From Selaginella moellendorffii (Eukaryota > Plantae > Lycopodiophyta), in NCBI RefSeq assembly GCF_000143415.4, contig NW_003314266.1:704463-768462 (forward strand): 64,000 nt of DNA, in the 5' to 3' direction. The notes below the pieces were generated by a model. It was not told the origin of the DNA. It was given only the letters and a program-made list of their open reading frames with translations, and did not search any database. Both the position numbers and the translations under genes were made by a program. Below are positions 60,157 to 64,000 of the stretch, piece after piece. The number at the start of each line of letters is the position of its first letter. Positions within the stretch are counted from its first letter, which is position 1.

Positions 60157-63100
60157 AGTCTTTGTTTGTTATTCTCTTTGCTTCTAATGCTCTAAGCGCT
60201 TGATGTCCAATGCAAGGATTGCAGCCAGGTACTCCACAAGCGAAGGGAGATCCTCCACCAAAGTCCAATCCAAGTCTGGTGCTAAAGTTTCAGTGTAATA
60301 CCCTTGGATCTATACCGGGGGCTCCACGGTAGGAAATTCTGAACTCAAAGAGCTATAACTTGCATGCAGCATGTCTGATTTGCTTGATTCTTCCTGCCAG
60401 TTGTGTGACTGGATGTCATCTTCCATCTCCAAAAAACAGCATGACAAAATACCCTCAGAGTCGTCAGCTACCATTATTTCAGTAGGAAGATGCTGGCTGT
60501 GTAACACCTCAGATAGTTGCTGAGGAGAATTGAGTGCAGCTGTGTCCTGTGAAAGATGGACTCGGTCTAGGGTGACTGTGTCATCAAGCTCCATAAGAGA
60601 GAGTTGGCCCCATGCAAGAAACGAATCGAGGAGCCCTTCCTCTATTGAGAAACACTCCGAAAAGCTGGATATGGGAGTCTATACACTATAAGCCCTGCCC
60701 TCAAATAAAGAGGGTCTGTCTAGAGGCTTGGCCTTACTCTCAAATAAAGAGAGTGAAGCTGAGAGATGTCTCGGGCTACCTGACTCACCTCCAACCATGT
60801 CAATCGCATTGCATGAGAAAGCATCCGCCATATAGATGGTTGACGCCACTGCCAACTCAAGAAAAACCTCTGTGAGGTCGGGAGGAAAGTATGGTGTGGA
60901 GGCCATCTTAGTCCGAGATTGCTGGGCTTGCTAAGAAAGAGCTCTGCTGTGGTTGTTGAGAAAGGTGGCGCTATGGGTTCCATCGCTAATTTCCAGCGTG
61001 CCTTGTGTGCTGTCAATGGTGCAATGGGCTGTGACTTGCCATGAGCGGCCAAGGATGATAGAGTCCTTCAAAGAGGATGTTCCGAGACATTGGTAGTCAA
61101 CCATGAGGAAATCCACCTCAGAAATAACACCCTACACAAAGACCTTGACACCACAGCAAATTCCCGTTGGAGGAACAGTATGGTTGGCAAAGGTTTTGAG
61201 CACGATGGAGGAGCTCTCAGTGATCTGTAGTTGTGTTGAAAGGGCAGCTTCGAGAGAGATAATGTTGCTTCCAGAACCAGAGTCAACCAAAGCATCCATC
61301 CTACAAGAGGAAGTACCGATCTGCACTGGGACGAAGAATGGACTAGGATCTCCTCCATATCTTGTCATATCAACAATGTGCACCTCTTGAGGAGTCCTCT
61401 TGAGAGTGCTCTCTGGTGTTCCTAACTGTGCAAACTCCTCCAAACGCTGGCCGAATCCTGGGACAAGACACAACATATCTCGAAGCGAAAAGGTGACGGG
61501 AATGTCAACTAGCTGTTGAAGAACCGGCTCCGGAACAGGAGTAGTTGTTGGTGAGATCTCAAAAGGAGAAGAGAGAAGTGACTTGAAGGGGAGTTTACAA
61601 GCCATCCTCTGTGTCACTGGGCCTGATGCCAACAGAGATTCGCTCTCAACCGGCGCTGGGGGATCTGTGGCAGGCCGAGAGGCTACCTTCTTCTTCGCTT
61701 GGGCTCGAGTGGCTACGGTTTGCTGTTGTTGCCTATAGAGTTCCTCGGCTACCAAAATCGTGTTGATCGATGAGGCTGGTGCTTTGCCTTTGCTTGACGA
61801 AGGGGCTGCCTCAATTGCTTGTTGCTCCAACTGCTCCTGATATGTCTCTGGACCCCGAGACGATGTGGAATTATTAGCAAAGGGATGTTGTTGGACACGT
61901 TGAGAAGATGGAGGCCGAAGCTCTGGGTGAAGTTTGAAGCAGCGCTGTGTGTTGTGTGTGTTCGTCTCGCAGTGAGTGCACCAACGGGACTTAAATTTGC
62001 GTTCTCGAGCTGTAGCAGCCTCTTTCCTGGACTACACCAGCTCTTGGAGTAGTTTGTCATGGTGGGACTGCTACTGAAGAATGATCTCCTTTAGCTGCCG
62101 CATCTCGTTGGCAAAGTTCTCAAGAGCCGGAGGTGTATGCTGAATAGCGACGGGCTTTGGTGTGGATGGGTAAACAGCTACACGAGGTGACTCTGACGGG
62201 GTGATGGCTTGGTCGAAATCAACTCTAGCAATCCCCAAGTCAACCAGAAGCTCTCTTTCCAGCTTTGTGGCAAACAAAAATGCCTCGCGGCAAGAGTTGA
62301 ATGTCTTCTTAAGAAGTTTCCATTGCAAGTTCCCACGCAGACCCGCTGTGAATGCTGTGATCCCCTGTTGCTCATCTTGGACTACTTGGCGATCCCAACA
62401 CTGCTTCCAGTAAGCTCGAAACCATGTGATGTAGTCAGGAACAGACTCGTGAGCACCCTGCCGAAACGAAAAGAGGTCGATAAGTAGCCAATTTGTGGGT
62501 TTTTCTTCAACGAAGCGTTCTCTGAAAGAAGCAAGTAGTGTATGGAAGTCTGTCTGGTCCTCTGGGAGGAGAGAATCTGCCCAAGTTGCTGCTTTGCCTT
62601 CAAGAGACTACAGGAAGTCGCGGCACATACGATTATCGTCGACGATCATGTTTGTGGTGCAGTAGTAATCAAAGCGACTAATATGCAATGTTGGAGAGAC
62701 TGTTCCAACACTTGAGAAGACCGGCAAATCACTCCCCTTCTACAGAACATGGAGCTGAGGTCGAGCTAAAGGTGGCTGCGCCATAACTCGTAGATCTAAG
62801 TCACTGGAATCTGTCGAGGAGGAAGAGGACTCGGCCCAAGAAAGTGCAGTGTTGTACCTAAGCTGCCTTTGGATGTTGGAAAGTTTACTCCGTACCTTAG
62901 GGCCTTGAGGTATGGTGAAAGGGTGCCAATTTGTCGTACGTCTAGTTTGTACCGGCATCAAATACCCTGAACACTACAAATGCCTGGTCAAGGCAACTAG
63001 GTTGACAGGAGCAAGAAGACTGTAGGCTAGTGCTCAAGTTGCTCAAAATGCCTTTGACCCGTAGGGTAACTACCGGAGTAGCCATTGGGGTAGTCACTGG

Positions 63101-64000
63101 AGCAGCCGCTAGCCGGTAACCGGAGTAGCCGCTGGAGCAGCCACTGGAGTAGCCGCTGGAGTAGCCGGTAGCCAGTAACCGAGGACCTGTGACCTGTAAC
63201 CGGTAACCCCTACTTTCGCTCCTACTCCTGCACTTGCTCCAACACCAACTCCTATCCCTGTGCCTATTCCTACTGTCCCTGTTCCTACGCCAACTCTTGT
63301 TCCTGCTCCTCCTGTTCCTGTTCCTACGGTTACCTGTTCCTTGAAGATTGCTTCGTTCCCAAGGAACCCCCAACAAAGTTTAACCCAAAAGAGAAAAATG
63401 AGTCCTCTAGTCTCGATCCTTCTCCATTTTGACTGTCGATGGGCTCGTTGGAAAGGGCTCAGCCCCGTCTACCCTCTATTGTAGGAATGTGGGAAGAAGC
63501 CGCCTCAATATCCCTTGAAATCCATGAAGAGGTAGCCCAGAATGCCAACATTGTGGAAAAACATGTGCATGTCCATGATGTAGATCGATACTGAGGCGCC
63601 GTTGGTATTTTTGGAAAGCCTAGGACCAGGAGCACCTCTAGAAACAAATGGCAGCAAAAACAAAGCCTGGAGGAACGCGAATTCTTGCTACAAATATGAC
63701 CCAACTTGGCCAAAGAAGAAAATCCTTTTGCATGCCGTCAATTCACCCAAATCTAGTGCCAAGAACCACCACTACTCATAGATTTAGGCCAGATCTACAA
63801 GCCTAAATGCACTACCTTGAGAAATTCGGCCGAGGATCCAGGCGAGAAAGTGAAAACCCCAAAATGCTCATCCAATCAAGCCAAGAAACGTTGTATCTCT
63901 TCAAATACTACACAACTTGATGAGCGCCATACCTTGTTGGAAAGAAGAGCTCCAAACCTATCCAACACACCCAAGATCAAAGAAAACCACCACAAGATGA

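Larger units (their letters stand above)
34327..64000 (-). mobile_element. Tat-like non-chromovirus Ty3/Gypsy (gag-PR-aRH-RT-RH-INT) with 3' LTR 34327-34518; split by the DNA transposon; 5' LTR lies just beyond the window
   Basis: Short TG..CA LTR. INT ~36265-37391 (GHFSG, CEQCQR, ATDYFTKWVEA, YYPEFNGQVE). RT 37401-38315 (LRLYVDFRDLNKA, MDGFSGYNQI, YMDD). RNase H 59329-60156, protease DALVDSGS in 61132-61830, gag ~62000-62900. Confidence 0.88.

Overview
Compact plant genomic DNA with 45-60 nt GT-AG introns; a lycophyte such as Selaginella is my inference. Host genes occupy 1-5.1 kb: the 3' end of MSH1 and a class II diterpene cyclase (TPS). The rest is a nest of transposons, including a non-autonomous LTR element (6388-14101, TSD GTTTA) with an inverted partial copy and several Ty3/Gypsy relics. 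From 30981 there is a four-level stack: Gypsy (30981-34326) > Tat-like Gypsy with an extra RNase H (34327->64000) > large TIR DNA transposon (38416-59379) > young chromovirus (48569-56098). The most striking object is the DNA transposon, about 13.4 kb net, with 24-bp TIRs and a 4-bp TTTG TSD. It encodes a Sola-like transposase and, divergently, a ~1,635-codon spliced cargo gene reading ParB/Srx-like, degenerate amino-methyltransferase-like, acidic linker, FCP1/HAD phosphatase-like. It is seeded with 20+ copies of a 22-bp palindrome (ATGGCRTGWGGCCWCAYGCCAT), found in introns and even in coding sequence. It also carries a 192-bp palindrome and a telomeric tract. Separately, the nested chromovirus has two apparent spliceosomal introns inside its integrase. 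All calls were made by eye; no database searches were run.
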